Origin: the human T2T-CHM13v2.0 reference genome, Homo sapiens
Direction: 5' to 3' (one strand)
NCBI RefSeq assembly: GCF_009914755.1
Contig: NC_060927.1
Length of the DNA: 64,000 nucleotides
The notes beneath the pieces are model-generated. The model had not been told where the DNA came from. It made no database searches and saw only the letters and a program-made list of their open reading frames with translations. Shown here piece after piece: positions 1 to 14,275 of this stretch (its first letter is position 1; every line of letters starts with the position of its first letter). The translations under genes were made by a program, and so were the position numbers.

Positions 1-49
1 GCTCAAAAACACAGAACTCTTAAATGCACACGTTTCATCTCTGATCACT

Positions 50-174
50 GTGATAAAATAATGAGGCCTTTATTTCCACTTAAATAACTTTAGGGAGAGG
101 AAAAGGGATGAGAATATATTTGGTAAACATTAAGATGAATCATTAAAAGAAAAACACTTTAAAACAAAACAATA

Positions 175-221
<47 letters not shown>

Positions 222-329
222 ATTTCCATCAGTTTGATGGGGTGTTGAGAGAGTTTTCTGAACAAGACAGAAAATCCTTTGGAATGGAGGCTGGTTAAGA
301 AGTGTGGTTTGTTTACTAGTAATAAGGGC
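50..329 (-). other. Candidate terminal exon
   Basis: Strong acceptor tctttccctgcttctctctctcag|G at 331-329. AATAAA at 74-69 (plus strand tttatt). Contains (TA)21. The 3' end is approximate. Confidence 0.55.
177..218. repeat. (AT)21 microsatellite
   Basis: Perfect dinucleotide run. Confidence 0.98.
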
Positions 330-629
330 CTGAGAGAGAGAAGCAGGGAAAGACACATACGAACACCTGTGTGGATCAAGACTTAAATTCTTGTGGATTT
401 AGTAATGGAAAAATCTCCAAGCAGCTACAAGAGACTTTGAATGTGATTAATTGTGGGACTTAGTGTGAAACTAGCATCTGTGGAAAACCTGGGCATGTTT
501 CATATGTATGCTGCTTTCTTATAAACAATCCCTGTACTAAAATATTGGATTTTTGCAGGGGGAGTAATGTGAAATTTAATAAGCTGTATTTCTCAAATAC
601 TTTATTGTTTTAATGTGCTTTTTAAAAAC

Positions 630-1965
630 TTACTGATTCAATCAAAACATTATTGCCTAATAGTCATGAACCACTGTGCTTATCACTGAGGATTCAATTG
701 TGCCCAAAAGAGACATGATCTCAGCCACTGCAGAACTCACAGTCTAATTAACAACATAAATTAAAAAGAAATACAAATTAATTCTGTGTTTATAAAATTA
801 ATACAGTTTTTGAAAGAGACAAGCAGAAAATTAGGTCTACAACACTGAAGAGGTTGAGTTGGAAAGCCTTCTCTGTGAAGGTGTTAATTAAACTAAGACA
901 AGAAAAGCGAAAAGAACTCATAATTCAAAAATTTCTCCAGACAGAGACAATAGCATGTTCAAAAGCCCCGTAGTAAAAGAGCCTAGAAATTGTCAGAAAG
1001 AAAAAAAAGACAATGCATATGAATTGTGGTAGGCAAGGGGAGAGAGCTGGAAAGGAATTCCACTAATAAATTCATTAATTAGTTATTTCATTCAATGAAT
1101 AAATATTAATTTACTAGTAAAACAATTTTGGAAAAAAAAATGTGTGTAGCATGCACCTTTGAAAAACTTAGAATCAGTGAGAAAGAAAGAGTAACATTTC
1201 ATCATGCAAACAAATATAAATGCATCTGATCCCAGGCAAGCACTATGAAGCTCTGGGCTTTACAATAAGAATATTGACCTAGTCAGGGGTGTTAAAGAAG
1301 ATGAGTGCAGAAGTGAAATTTATCCTGAAATCTTAAAATGAATACAAGTTAGCTTGATTGAGAGAGAAGGAAAATATTTTCTAAATAAGAAATATAGCTA
1401 TACAATTATCTTGTGACTGGAGGAAGTATAAGCTCAAGGAAGTTAAAAGAGGCCAATGTGGCTACAAAGAAAAGAGCAAAGGGAGCTTGTGTGACCAGGA
1501 TGAAGAGAAAGGCTGTGGCTAGAGCATCATGGCTTGTAGCCCCTGCAAGAGTTGTATCCTGATCATAAGAACAAGGGGCCATCTTTAAACAGGAGAGATT
1601 CACATGCACTGATTAAAGTTCAATAAAATTCAGTACATAGTACAGAAAGGAGATAAGAGGGGTCCAGCCTGGCTGTTGTCAGAACTTTCGGGAGCTCTTG
1701 CAGCCTCACTTCTGCAAGAGGATGATGTACTGTGCTGGGGTTGCAACAGCGGACTTGGAGAAAGGTGGTAAGATTCAAGGTAAATAAATCAAAGGGTGGA
1801 ATAGGTAGGCATAAAAGATGACATACATGATTCTAACACACATTGGTGAATGATAGTAGCATCCACTGAGATGACCAAGTACAGTGGCTGGCAGCATGTC
1901 TGAAAAGAGAAATTAAAAGTTCCATTTTGAGTTGCCTGTGAGAAATACAATTGGAAACATTTCAG
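630..1965 (-). mobile_element. L2 LINE fragments (two 3'-end pieces)
   Basis: Degenerate antisense L2 3'-end motifs, e.g. ccactgtgcttatcactgaggattca...ctcacagtcta and gagttccattttga. Boundaries approximate. Confidence 0.65.
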
Positions 1966-2275
1966 CTCACTTATTCAGTTCATGTAAGTCTCTGGCTGAA
2001 TGCCACCTCCTCAGAAAGTCCTTCCCTGATGACTATCTAAAATTACCCTCGTAAGCTAGTAGTTCTGTCACTCCAACTACTCTATGGCAGTTTCTGAATT
2101 AATGTTATAAATTTATTTCTGATTGTAATTTTCCTCCAGTGGAGGTTAAGCTACATGTGGGTAGAGAAATTGTATGACTTTTTAAATATTAAAGTACCTA
2201 GCAGAGTGATGGGTACATGGTAGGTAATAAATATGCCAGTGAATAGATGAATGTATGGATGAATAAAGGAATGAC
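1965..2275 (+). mobile_element. L2 3' end
   Basis: gccacctcctcagaaagtccttccctga...gtacctagcagagtg..., ending in a (GAAT)-like tail. Confidence 0.7.
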
Positions 2276-3500
2276 AAGAAAGAGCAATCAGACATATAAA
2301 TCTACCACTCCTGTATAGAGCGATATCCTCTCCTATGAAGAAGTAGAAAAATAATTGACAGAACTGAACCACACAACAATGATTGCAATGTCTGGAGGTG
2401 CTTACACCAAAAGAGTAAATAAAGGAGATGCATGTTGTTACTACACCTACAGATTAATTTCTTATAAAAAGAAATACTGGTTTAGTCCTAATTGAAATAG
2501 CACCATTATTTCTAAAATGTGGGTGTATATTTTATGATATAGTAATATTTATGAGTTGATCTCAAATGACTTTCTTAAACCCCAGGTGGGAGTCAAATAA
2601 CCCTCTTAAACTCCAGATGGTGGATTTCTATTTAGGGAGAGTATTATAAGGGAAATGTAATTCCTTATTTCTAAATAGGTGTCTTAAAATTGAAGACTAC
2701 AATGTGATACAAATACAATCAATACTAATGTTTTACTGAATAAACAATAAAACAAATTTGGTACAGACATTTTGGGTCAAAATTCTGTCATTTGATTGTA
2801 AGAAAATTTATTTTATTAGTGGCAATAAAGTTAAAATAGGATAGCTATCTTCACAATGATAATTAAGGATTGGGTAGCTAAAGTAGTTTATTCATCTGTA
2901 TTGTTGCACTACACACTATTGGCCAATTTTTTGCACTTATTTCCAGAAAACAAGAATTATAACAAGATGACATAAGTGCTATAACTGAATTTTCTATGAC
3001 AAAAACATCAGAGAAAACAAGAAGAGATCACACTGACCCTACCTAGCAGACTACAAAAGTGTTAATGTGAGCAGAATATTGGGAAATCAATAGGAATCTA
3101 CTAAAATGGAAGAGTGTAAAGAGAGAACAAAAGGGAACAGAAAAGAGCTTGTGAAAACTCAGGGAGACATAAAACACCGGACACACTCAGAATGTCTTCA
3201 CATATTTACCACTGTATAGGTGTGTTTGGGGGAATGGTTGGTCATGTGTCTAAGTAAATGGGAAGGAACTGCTTAGTGAGGGACTGGCATAGTCTGCAAA
3301 GTACCACGGACTTTATGCTTTATGAGATGTAGTGCCATTTAAGGATTTTAAATGGCTTGACAGCATTTGTATTTTAGAAAGGTCACCTCTAATTTGATTT
3401 GAAGAAAGGTCTCTAGATGAACAAAGAAAGATACTGTTTAAACCTCTCTTTAAATATTACCGTAGAAGCATTACCAACGGCAGAGGAAAGTAAATCATAC

Positions 3501-3566
3501 CTGCGGGAACTGGTACGGGAATCCAAAAATCCCCACTGGTTGTGAAAAGAAATGGGGAGTTCAGCG
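3501..3566 (-). other. Candidate exon, 66 nt (phase 2-2: AELPISFHNQWGFLDSRTSSR)
   Basis: tttattttttaaag|C ... CAG|gtatga. Length is a multiple of 3 and CpGs are retained. Confidence 0.6.
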
Positions 3567-4795
3567 CTTTAAAAAATAAATGTAGGTAAATATACCAATC
3601 TACTTTGTAAAAATTATATTTGTAATTATTCACTAATTATACCACTTCATTCTCATCTGTAAAAAATTATTCTGAGAAAAGTAGACTCAGAAAAAAATCT
3701 TAGTTCTCACTTGGCACCCCAGTCTGTAACCACTGGAGAAGAGAAAATTCAATTTAAAAAGCAGAGCGGCAAACATAATTTTACAGATAGAAGAGCTATG
3801 TTTAACAGAAAAGTTTTGTATGGCATATGCAAATAATTGAAACAAAACAACACAAAAAAAGGAAAATAGCAAAAGCAAAAATGTTTGTTACCCAATTAGA
3901 ATATGAAAAATTGTACAAGAAAACTTTATGTGACTTGAACCCTGTATTAATAAATCCTTCTGCTATATGTGGAAAAATTATATTTTAGAGTTACGTTCCT
4001 TGAAGTTTTTCATTTGCCCATATTTTTAAAGCCATCTTTTAAAAATTCACATGTAAAACAATCTTTCTGTCTGCTGATTGTGTATTAATAATAATAAAAC
4101 ATCCTTGAATTTTAATTTACATCACAAGAAATGTTATTTTTTAACATTGAAGAGGATACAATCCCAGCTCAATATCTCTGCTGCCAATTTTATTCTAAAT
4201 TTTAAAGTGTGCCTAGCAAAAACACTTATTATACTCCATTTTGTCAACATTTCTCTTTTCTAAAAAATACAAAATATATTGAAATTTAGTAATAAATATA
4301 GTTTCATTTTTTGCCATACTCTTCTTCTATACTACTAGGAGTTTTTAGCTCCTCCATGAGATTTAATCTAAAAATTCATACACTGATTTCTCAGGCCTGA
4401 AATTCTACTATGGTAGGATATATCTATATATGTATTTCATGTGTTAAAATACATTTGGGTAAATATCTGCTTGGCTGAGAAAGACAGCCCCAATATAGAG
4501 TAGTGTGAATAAATATCACCAAGTATAAATTGATGCTATCTCTGTCATCAAAACTTTTCTTCAGAATTATTCTGGTGTTCTTGAGGTATAACATGGCTTT
4601 TGCTTTCTAAACACCAAATGCTCCACATTCCACACATCTTATACTCTGTTATCTTTAGGCCTGTGGACAACAGTGGAAGGGGTGGAGATTGCACAGTCAG
4701 GTATTACCAAATTCAGCTTCACGTTTATCCTAAAGCAATGTCCAGGTCAAGAAGTCAAGCCACAAGATACCATCTGATTTTGTTGCCACACTTAC

Positions 4796-4880
4796 TCCTT
4801 ACGGCAATTTTCATTTCAGGGATCTCTTTTCTCCCTAGGAATCCAGGTTTATTCCAGAACATACCCAAGGATTCAGTTTC
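4796..4880 (-). other. Candidate cassette exon, 85 nt (78 nt with the alternative donor at 4803)
   Basis: catctcttttag|G ... GGA|gtaagt or GCC|gtaagg. Confidence 0.4.
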
Positions 4881-5179
4881 CTAAAAGAGATGTATTAAAA
4901 TCTATCAGGAAATGATAGTTATATACATAAATAATTGTAATAAGAGATAACGACTAATTATGTCACAGGTAGTTGTCAAAGTGTTGTAGGAAAAAAGACT
5001 TATTTGTTATGAGAACAAAGAAAGGAGAAACAAAATTTTCCTAGAAAAATTAGGACTTTTTTTTAAAGAAAATGCCATCTGACCCCCTTTTAATTAAAAA
5101 AGGAAAGAAAAGCAATACAGGCAGCAAGAACAGCAAGACCAAAGTTATATACTTAGAGATGTTTGGAAGAATGTTCAAA

Positions 5180-5691
<512 letters not shown>

Positions 5692-6177
5692 AGAAAGTAA
5701 ACCTTAGGAAACACAACAAGTAACTGTTTCATATAGCTCAAATGTACAAAGATAAGTGTTAAAAATAGGTTTCAGTTTTATTCAGTAAGCATTTACTAGA
5801 TGACAGGGAAAGATAACTTTGGTGCCATTATAGACATTTAATCAGGTTAGTGAAGAAATGAGACCACCCGTAAGGGGAAGAATAAAGCTTGAGCAGAAAT
5901 AGTAGTAGGAAAGATGGATAGTAGGAGTTAGACAAAAGATAAAATGGAGATTTAGAATTTCCTAGGTAATGTGTAATCTTTCAAAATGATTATCTGGAGT
6001 CAAAGTTTTAAACCAAAGAAAATACAGTACAGAAAATTGTAAGCATCTGAACATATTAATGGTGTGTGTTGCGGGGTGGGAAGGATTATATTTGCTTGAA
6101 GAGAATTTGTGCTACCCTATAAAGCACCTACTAATAGCAATGTGCATTATGCAATGTGAAGAAAACGAATCAGTTAC

Positions 6178-6261
6178 GGTCTTGTGTTCTTTGTCTTCTT
6201 CCAATCTGGATTGATGGAATATGGAGGTTCTTCACTACAGCGTCGTATCTCATGTCTGTTT
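6178..6261 (-). other. Candidate exon, 84 nt (phase 2-2: NRHEIRRCSEEPPYSINPDWKKTKNTR)
   Basis: atttaatatttcag|A ... ACC|gtaact. Open in two frames, with CpGs retained. Confidence 0.6.
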
Positions 6262-6829
6262 CTGAAATATTAAATGTAGCCTCAGTCTTCTTTTAGTAGA
6301 AACTAATGTTTGCCTATCTATACAACCAATAAATATAAAGTATTTCTGTTAAAATAGATATATTTGAAATTTATATATAATATATATTATATAAAAATTT
6401 ATATACCATTAAATTTAAATTCAATTTTATATATACATATATTTAAACATATTCTCCAGTGCAGAAATGGAAGCCCCAACTGGTAAGATGAGATAGGTGA
6501 GATAAAGAAAATAAAGCAATAAATCACTCTGCCATCTAAAATAATATAATTTTTGAAATATATTTTTATAAAACTGACATTTTTTGTCACTATTTAATCT
6601 CAAAACAAGTCAGTCTGTTTCTTAAGCTCATTTTTATTTTTTCTTGCAATATCAGTCTTTGGCAGAGCATTTTGATGTCATCCAAATATTTTCATTTTCA
6701 GTGTTTTGATAACAATATAAAAACATACTTGCACCCCATAAATATAACAATTCTGGTCACAAAAAGATTGTGACTTTATTTAATTTTTCTTTATACACTT
6801 CACATACATTTGTAAAGAACTTTAGAAAA

Positions 6830-7070
6830 ACCCTTTAAAGATGGCTGCTTTAGCTGGAAAGTATGTTCTTTTTGCCCTTCCTCTTCAGTTCCTACCCAAT
6901 ATGTAGATAAGATCGCCAGAGCTTCAGCAACCATCTGAAAAATGAGATCACACTGGAGATCAAAGCCATGATGGCAAAAAGTAAATATAGAAATTAACTG
7001 ACCTGTAATGTTATGGTGCTTCTTTACAAGCCTTAGATTGTCAATGTGAGTCTCTAACAATAAAAACAAA
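6830..7070 (+). mobile_element. Old MaLR LTR fragment (MLT1J/K-like)
   Basis: gccagagcttcagcaaccatctg...aagccatgatggc motif. Confidence 0.5.
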
Positions 7071-7084
7071 AGCATTTAAATCAC

Positions 7085-7770
7085 TGTTTTTGGCTTATTT
7101 CACTTATCACAGTATCCTCTAGGTTCATCTATATTGTCACAAATCGCAGCATTTTTCCTTCTTTTTTAAAGTCTAAACAACATTCTACTGTGTATGTACA
7201 CTACATTTTCTTTAACCGTCTGTTTATGGGCATTTGGTTTGTTTCCATATTATCGCCACTGTGAATGCTGCTTCAATAAACATGGGGATACAGATATCTC
7301 TTCCAGAGTCTGATTTCAATTATTTTATAATAGAAATGTACTCAGTAGTGGGATTGCTGGATCACATGGCAAGTCTATTTTTAATTTTCAAAGAAACTCA
7401 GATACTGTCTTTTACAGTGGCTGTATCATCCTACATTTTCACCAATAGTATACAAGAGTTTCAATTTCTCTACATCCTTGCCGCATTTATTTTTTTATTA
7501 TAGTAATCCTACCAGATGAGTATAGTTAACAATACAGATTTGTTCACTGAAAAATGTGTTAAGAGAATAGATTTCATGTTAGGTGTTCTTACCATACACA
7601 CACAGGTACACAGAAAGAACAGAAGAAAAATTTTGGAGGTGATGCATATGTTTAGTTACTTGATTGTGGTAATGCTGTAATGGGTGTATGCATAGGTCTA
7701 AAATAATTAAAATGCATATATTATAATATGTGTAATTTTTGTATATCAATTATACCTTCAAAAAGCTTAA
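7085..7770. mobile_element. L1MA/MB 3' end with 5' inversion (7085-~7512 minus, ~7515-7770 plus)
   Basis: Antisense ORF2-end/3'UTR sequence directly abuts a sense L1MB-type terminus (ttttggaggtgatg...caattatacc). Confidence 0.7.
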
Positions 7771-8595
7771 CATTTTCAAGTAAATTGAAATCTAACCCCC
7801 CCACACCAAATTCCAAAACACTGTTACTAGGGTTTTCAATTACATGAAGCCATATAATTCTGTGATATATTAAGATTCACCATCAAGTTTCTGGACCATG
7901 TATTTGTTTCCATTTTTTTCCTCATTTAAATCATACTAGTGGGATATTATTATATTTAAGTACAATATAGTATTGTTCTTGTTCATTAACTTTTACATTG
8001 TAAATATCTTTCTATGCCATATTATTCCATACCTTTGTTTTCAGTCTCATACATTTGCTGTAATTTATTAAACCAATCACCCATTGTAGAATAGTTATTT
8101 TTTCTTATTTTTCCTCTGTTGTAAACAAGAAGATGTAAAAACACTAGATTTTCAAATTCTAGTCAGCATTATGTACTATTGAAAAGTGATAATTAATTGA
8201 AATTTATTTGACCAAATAGGGTTTAATGCCAGGCAACTTTGTCCCCACAAGAACACAGTGTTTGTGAAGGACTCTCTAAAGTTGGGCCCAATCTAATTAG
8301 GGGGCAGTAAGAGTGCCAGGCATGAGTAACTGACAATCATGGTCATATGATACGAAGGCTCAATCATGTTCATGACTATACAAAGGCTCATTTTGTTCTT
8401 ACAGAGCTCCACAAAACATGGAAGAAACAGAAATGCCTATTTAGACGGGAACGTTGAGACACAGAAATTTGCTGTCTCCTGTCCAATTGCTTACAATATC
8501 AAGTGTTTTTGCAGCTCAAGTAGCCATATTTTGCATGGGACATATGATATCTTCTGTTTGTTTTGAGTTTGAGTGTAATGAATCAATCACTTTGC

Positions 8596-8714
8596 CTGTC
8601 TTTCAGAAAAGAATCAGTTTTAGATTCTTCCGTCACTACATTTGCTGCCTCGTACATTTAATATGATGCTCCAAAATCAGAAAACTGACAAGCAAGCAGA
8701 ACAGACATAATTGC
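8596..8714 (-). other. Candidate pseudo-exon, 119 nt (phase 0-2: AIMSVLLACQFSDFGASY*MYEAANVVTEESKTDSFLKD)
   Basis: Acceptor aatctcag|G; non-canonical donor AG|gcaaag. Phase fits both neighbours. Confidence 0.45.
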
Positions 8715-9062
8715 CTGAGATTTAACTTCAGAAAGCAAAACTAAGTTTCCAAAATATCAAAAATATTTTAAGTGTTGTTGTATTTGTTGTTATATTAATA
8801 CATGATTTGGTTTTATTGAAATAAAATAATAAATTTTGTATGTTCAAGTATCACTTTTCTTCTGCCTTTATCAAATTTCTAAATTGCTTGCAGGTGCAGC
8901 TACATTCACAACAAATTCCTTTCCTTGAGGTTATTCTAATGGCTCCAATAAGAGAAAAAAAATCTTCCTCCTATTACACTGTATTAATGACTACTAATAC
9001 CACTGATTTATTAATAGATATCAGAAATCATTGCTGTGTGTTATTTTGCACGAATGGTTTGT

Positions 9063-9063
<1 letters not shown>

Positions 9064-9103
<40 letters not shown>

Positions 9104-9227
9104 CTTTTTGAGGGACGGGGTCTCTCTGTGTTTCCCAGGCTGAACTGGAACTCCTGGGCTTAAGCAATTCTCCTATCTTAGACTCCCAAGTAGCTGGGAC
9201 TACAGGAGTCCACCACCACTGCACCTG
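9064..9227 (-). mobile_element. FLAM/Alu monomer with (TTTA)n tail
   Basis: ggggtctctctgtgtttcccaggctg...tcccaagtagctgggactacagg; single arm. Confidence 0.85.
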
Positions 9228-10447
9228 AAAATTCTTACACTTTTTAATCCTAAATAGTGTTGTATTTAGATTTGAGGCACAGGAAAAAATATTTATGACT
9301 GATAAGGTGTATGTAAATAAAGAACTCAGAACTCAGGGCTTAGCAGGGATATAAGTTTTCAAGGTCTTTAAAATCTAAAAACAACCACTCTCTTTTTAAC
9401 ATTTTGCTCTCTCCCTTTAACGAACTTAACTCAATTTTTTTATAATTTATTTATTTAAGATTAATTTCATCTCCTCCATCACACAGTAAAACCCATAAAG
9501 GCACAGGGTCTTTATTATCATAGACCCAGTGACTAGCCTAGTGCTTGGTACAAAGAGGGATGTAAGTATATATACATATATATAAAACAGTATAAATGAT
9601 TGATGGAATAAAGGGTAAAACTACAGTGAGCTAATGCAGAAGAGAAGAAATAAAATAAATGTCATGGAGCAAAAATGACACAAAGTTTGTGTTTATGTGT
9701 ACCTTAGTAGAATGTCACTAAAGCTGAATTTTCCAAGGCTGAAGATTTAAAAATATTAATTTTGTATTAACTTGTATTTTTACTTTTGTATTATTTTCCT
9801 CAAAGTAGAATGTTCTTGGAATGTAACTATATATCTTTTTATTCTCCTTTTAATCAGGGTGAGACATACAGTCAAAGAAGTTTCTCAATAAATGCCTATT
9901 AAATAATTAAATACATTTTTTCTATTGAATAATTAAATGAATATAATCTTTTCCCTGAAAGTATTATTGTTTATTGTGTTTATACATATAGTTTCTATTG
10001 CTCTTGACTAAATTTTAATCTTAAATAATTTATTGGGTAAATCAAGCAAATTTTGATATGTGCATATTTTCACAGGATATATACTAGTGCCCTTTTATTT
10101 GCCTTATTCTTTCAACAAATAATAGCCAAACTTGGAATGAATGGCATATTCTCAGTTAGCATTTACAATTTAAAATTGTTTAATGCTGATTGACAAGATT
10201 TTTTGCAAGGACAATGTTATTGTCACCATGCTCTGACTGGCAACTCAATATTACTTTCAATAACTTATCAAATACTATGGAACTTGACATGGTTTGCAAT
10301 TGTAATAAGAAGAATGTTATATTTTAACCTTATTGTTTTCATCTTTACAGGGCACAAATCTGAGAAGATGAAAGGAACTATTAAAAATGGTTACGTGAAA
10401 AGTTCTAATAGCTCCAACATTTTCTTTTAGAGTTGATGACTACCTAC

Positions 10448-10546
10448 CTGTATATACTTAGTAGTATTTTCTAGTAATATCACTGTTATACTATATTATT
10501 CATTAACTACCATCTAGGTGTTATTTGGTTCATGTCACATCCAAGT
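10448..10546 (-). other. Candidate pseudo-exon, 99 nt (phase 0-0: TWM*HEPNNT*MVVNE*YSITVILLENTTKYIQ)
   Basis: ttgcctttttag|A ... CAG|gtaggt. Gapless by-eye match to the F-BAR helix HIPNIFQ...ESMKTY. Confidence 0.55.
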
Positions 10547-11854
10547 CTAAAAAGGCAAGCCCACAAAACTCTGAGTTTCTCTTAAATAACTAGTAGAATG
10601 ATCTCGTGAAAAAATTAACCTATGATCTCAGACTAGATGGTAATCCAAAGAGACAAAGGAACTGACCATCACATTACATTCTTACATGGGTTTCTCCAAT
10701 GCATTTACTCTGGACAGAGGTTGTGCAATGGATCCACTAAACTTCCTGTGAAAATAATTGACTGTTAGAAACACTTCCTTATGTGTTTCTTACATTTTGA
10801 AGAAGCTACTTGTAAACCTCTTTTGGAGTTTGACAAATCCTCAAATCATAAAAATAAATCAATTTGTCATCGTTTCTTTGTACTGACATATTAATGGAAT
10901 ATAATACACTAGCAGCAATAAAAGTTATTCTTCATAGTTTTGTGATTCAGCTTTGCCATATTAACCAGGATAATAATGGCAATGAAAAGCCTTCAGACTT
11001 CACTACTAGAGAACAAAGAAAAAGAAAACTGACATAAAATTACTATAACTCTTAAGATCTATAGCAGTAGTTTATGGCAGTATTATGAGTATGGCACTTT
11101 AAGATATTAACATATTTTTAAAGTGTCTTTATAATACTGTAGCCAAACTTAAAGAGTGGAGGGGAATGAAACATCAATGAAAGAAGAAAAATTGTTTCCT
11201 TCACAGTCACTTGATTTTTTTTCCCACAAATGATAAAAACAAAGTGTATCTCCATCAAATTTTATAGACCCAATTTTGAGTAAAATATTTCTCCCAACAA
11301 CTTAAAAGTAAAGTAGGAGTTTGAGGCTTCTGGATGAATTTGGATTGAGAAGCTAAATAATCTAGATGTTTACAAAAGTTGACAGGAAAATGTTACTTGA
11401 AGTTGATCCTGTTCTATAAACAAACAAACAAATGAAAGACTAAATAATCTTAAAGTACTAAATTGAAGAGACCTATGTATTTCCTAGAAATATACTAGAA
11501 ATATGAGCCACACAGTAGGCATTTGGCTCAATCTCTATTTAAACTGGCATTAGTAGTATCAAGTTCTATATAGTGTTAAACTGTCTGGATACTGGAACAA
11601 ACTAACTGGAATCAAATCCTGCTTCTGTTGCAAATGACAGAATAACTTTAAACTCCTTAAGTCTCAGTTTCCTTTTCTGTACTGGGATAAAATGATTAAA
11701 AAACAACCAACACTACTGAGCCAATTTTTTATTCATAAAAAAAATTATTGGATACCATATAGTGGCAGATACTGTTCAAATAACAGAACAGAGAAAAAGA
11801 CGCTTGCCCTCTTGCAACTTTCATGGATTGCCATGATTATTAAGAATTCAGATA

Positions 11855-12202
<348 letters not shown>

Positions 12203-12426
12203 TTATTGCAAAAGAGAAGCTCCTGTGATAAAAATTGTGATGATTCATATTATTATTTGAGTGAATAGTGATCTAACATAAAATCCTTTTTCATCATGAT
12301 GTCTTGTGATTTGATGTAATGCAGAATTGATCCACAGTTGATGGCCGATCATAATAGTACCTTTCACACTTTCTCACATAATATGTGTGACTTTGATGAT
12401 AAATAAAATGTGATCTGAGTTCATAC

Positions 12427-12455
12427 CTGCTGATAATTGGCCACAATCTGGCAAC
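12427..12455 (-). other. Candidate micro-exon, 29 nt (phase 1-0: GCQIVANYQQ)
   Basis: acatttctttag|G ... CAG|gtatga; both splice sites strong. Confidence 0.55.
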
Positions 12456-12938
12456 CTAAAGAAATGTATTTAATCATCTTATTTAGACAGGTCTGGAAGT
12501 TAAGTGTATTTTCTGAAAGTTTGCTTATCTTAATTTACAAAAAGCTTTCAGAACCAAAGTGTATTTTTTTAATTGGGTTAACATAAAAGACATAAATTAC
12601 AGTCTTCGTGTAACTCTTTATATTGGCTAATTGATAATAAATGCACACTTACAGCTACAGAATATATTTTTTGCATGGAATCTATGGGAAGTAATAAAGA
12701 ATTACTTACACATACTAGAATTATATTGAGGGGATAAAATGTAAATGCAATGAAAGAATGAACTTAATTCCATCTCAATGACAAAAGAACTAAAAAAAAA
12801 GCTCTTGTTTATTATTAGAATTCTAAATTCTTGCTCAGAGGGTTCTATTAAACTTTATTTCCTCCTTCATTAGTTTCATTTTATTATTTATTTCTCTCAA
12901 CTGTTAACTTTCTGAACAGATAAATACATCATTGCGTT

Positions 12939-13418
12939 TGTATATATTATTTCCCTTTGGGTGATGTAACAAATTAGCACAAACTTGGTGGCTTAAAGTA
13001 AAACAATTTATTAATTTAGCTTTCAGTAGGTTAGACGTCTGATGTGAACCCACTTAATAAAATTCAGGGTGTCAGCTAGGCTGCGTTCCTTCTGGAGGCT
13101 TAGAAAAGAATCATTTGCCTGCCTTTTTCCACTTCTAGAAGCCACTCACATTCCTTACCTAGTGACCATTCTTCCATCGTCAAAGCCAACAACGGTGGGT
13201 AGAATCATTCTCAGAATGCCATCTCTCTGGTTCCCTGAAGCCAAAAAAGGTTCTCTGCCTTTAAGAATCCATGTGATTAGATTTGACTGAACTGGGTAAT
13301 CCAGGTTCTTCTTCCTATTTCAAGGTATTTATCTTAACTACAACCGTAAAAATCTCTTTTGCCATGTCCTGAAGATTAGGGTATGGGTATGTCTAAGGGC
13401 CATTATTTGCTGACCACA
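12939..13418 (-). mobile_element. MLT1D-like MaLR solo LTR
   Basis: tgtaacaaattagcacaaacttggtggcttaaa...gctgcgttccttctggaggc...gctgaccaca. Confidence 0.8.
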
Positions 13419-13965
13419 GTGTGTGAAATAAGTAAGTACAATAAGAAATCACAAAAAAACAGTTAAGTGTAAGAAAAATTATTTTTCAAGAGAACATTTT
13501 GTATTAATTTTTCAAATAAAATAGCAAAGATTTCATGAAGAATATAGTGTTTGTTAGAAATTAAACATTTTATGCTCAAAACTTTCAGGTGACTTTATGA
13601 TCCTTTTATTAGTATAGATTAATTTTTTATCATGATTATTTTCTCACTTTTTCAGTCTCTGTTCCTCCTATTTATACATAGGGAAACTTGGAATAAGAAA
13701 CAAATACACTGGATTTTGTGAATGTGTTATATAGGGAATATCTGTCATAATCATTGAAAAGTGGACCATATCACATCTGACACATACATCCTTACACTGC
13801 TACAGGCATAGAATTATTTTAATGTTTTAATGAAGGAAAACACCTTGAAATGCACAATAGCATAGAAATGCTTTAAGAAGTAGATAAAAGACTGATTTCG
13901 TTTTTTTTCAGTCTTTCCATTCTTCCAATATTTCTATCCGTGAAAACATTATCTCCTATTTTGGT

Positions 13966-14275
<310 letters not shown>

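Noticed and set aside
8655-8685. FSDFGAS resembling a kinase DFG motif
   Set aside because: No HRD, APE or other kinase subdomains occur in neighbouring segments.
8640-8730. Signal-peptide-like frame (LRQLCLFCLLVSFLILE) suggesting a prohormone
   Set aside because: There is no ATG, stops follow quickly, and the hydrophobicity is explained by T-rich sequence.
10336-10395. Strong plus-strand acceptor (tttcatctttacag)
   Set aside because: The donor is weak and there is no consistent chain of plus-strand exons.
12427-12455. GCQIVANYQ resembling phospholipase C GCQ.VALNFQ
   Set aside because: The match is short and gapped, with no other PLC X/Y-box similarity.
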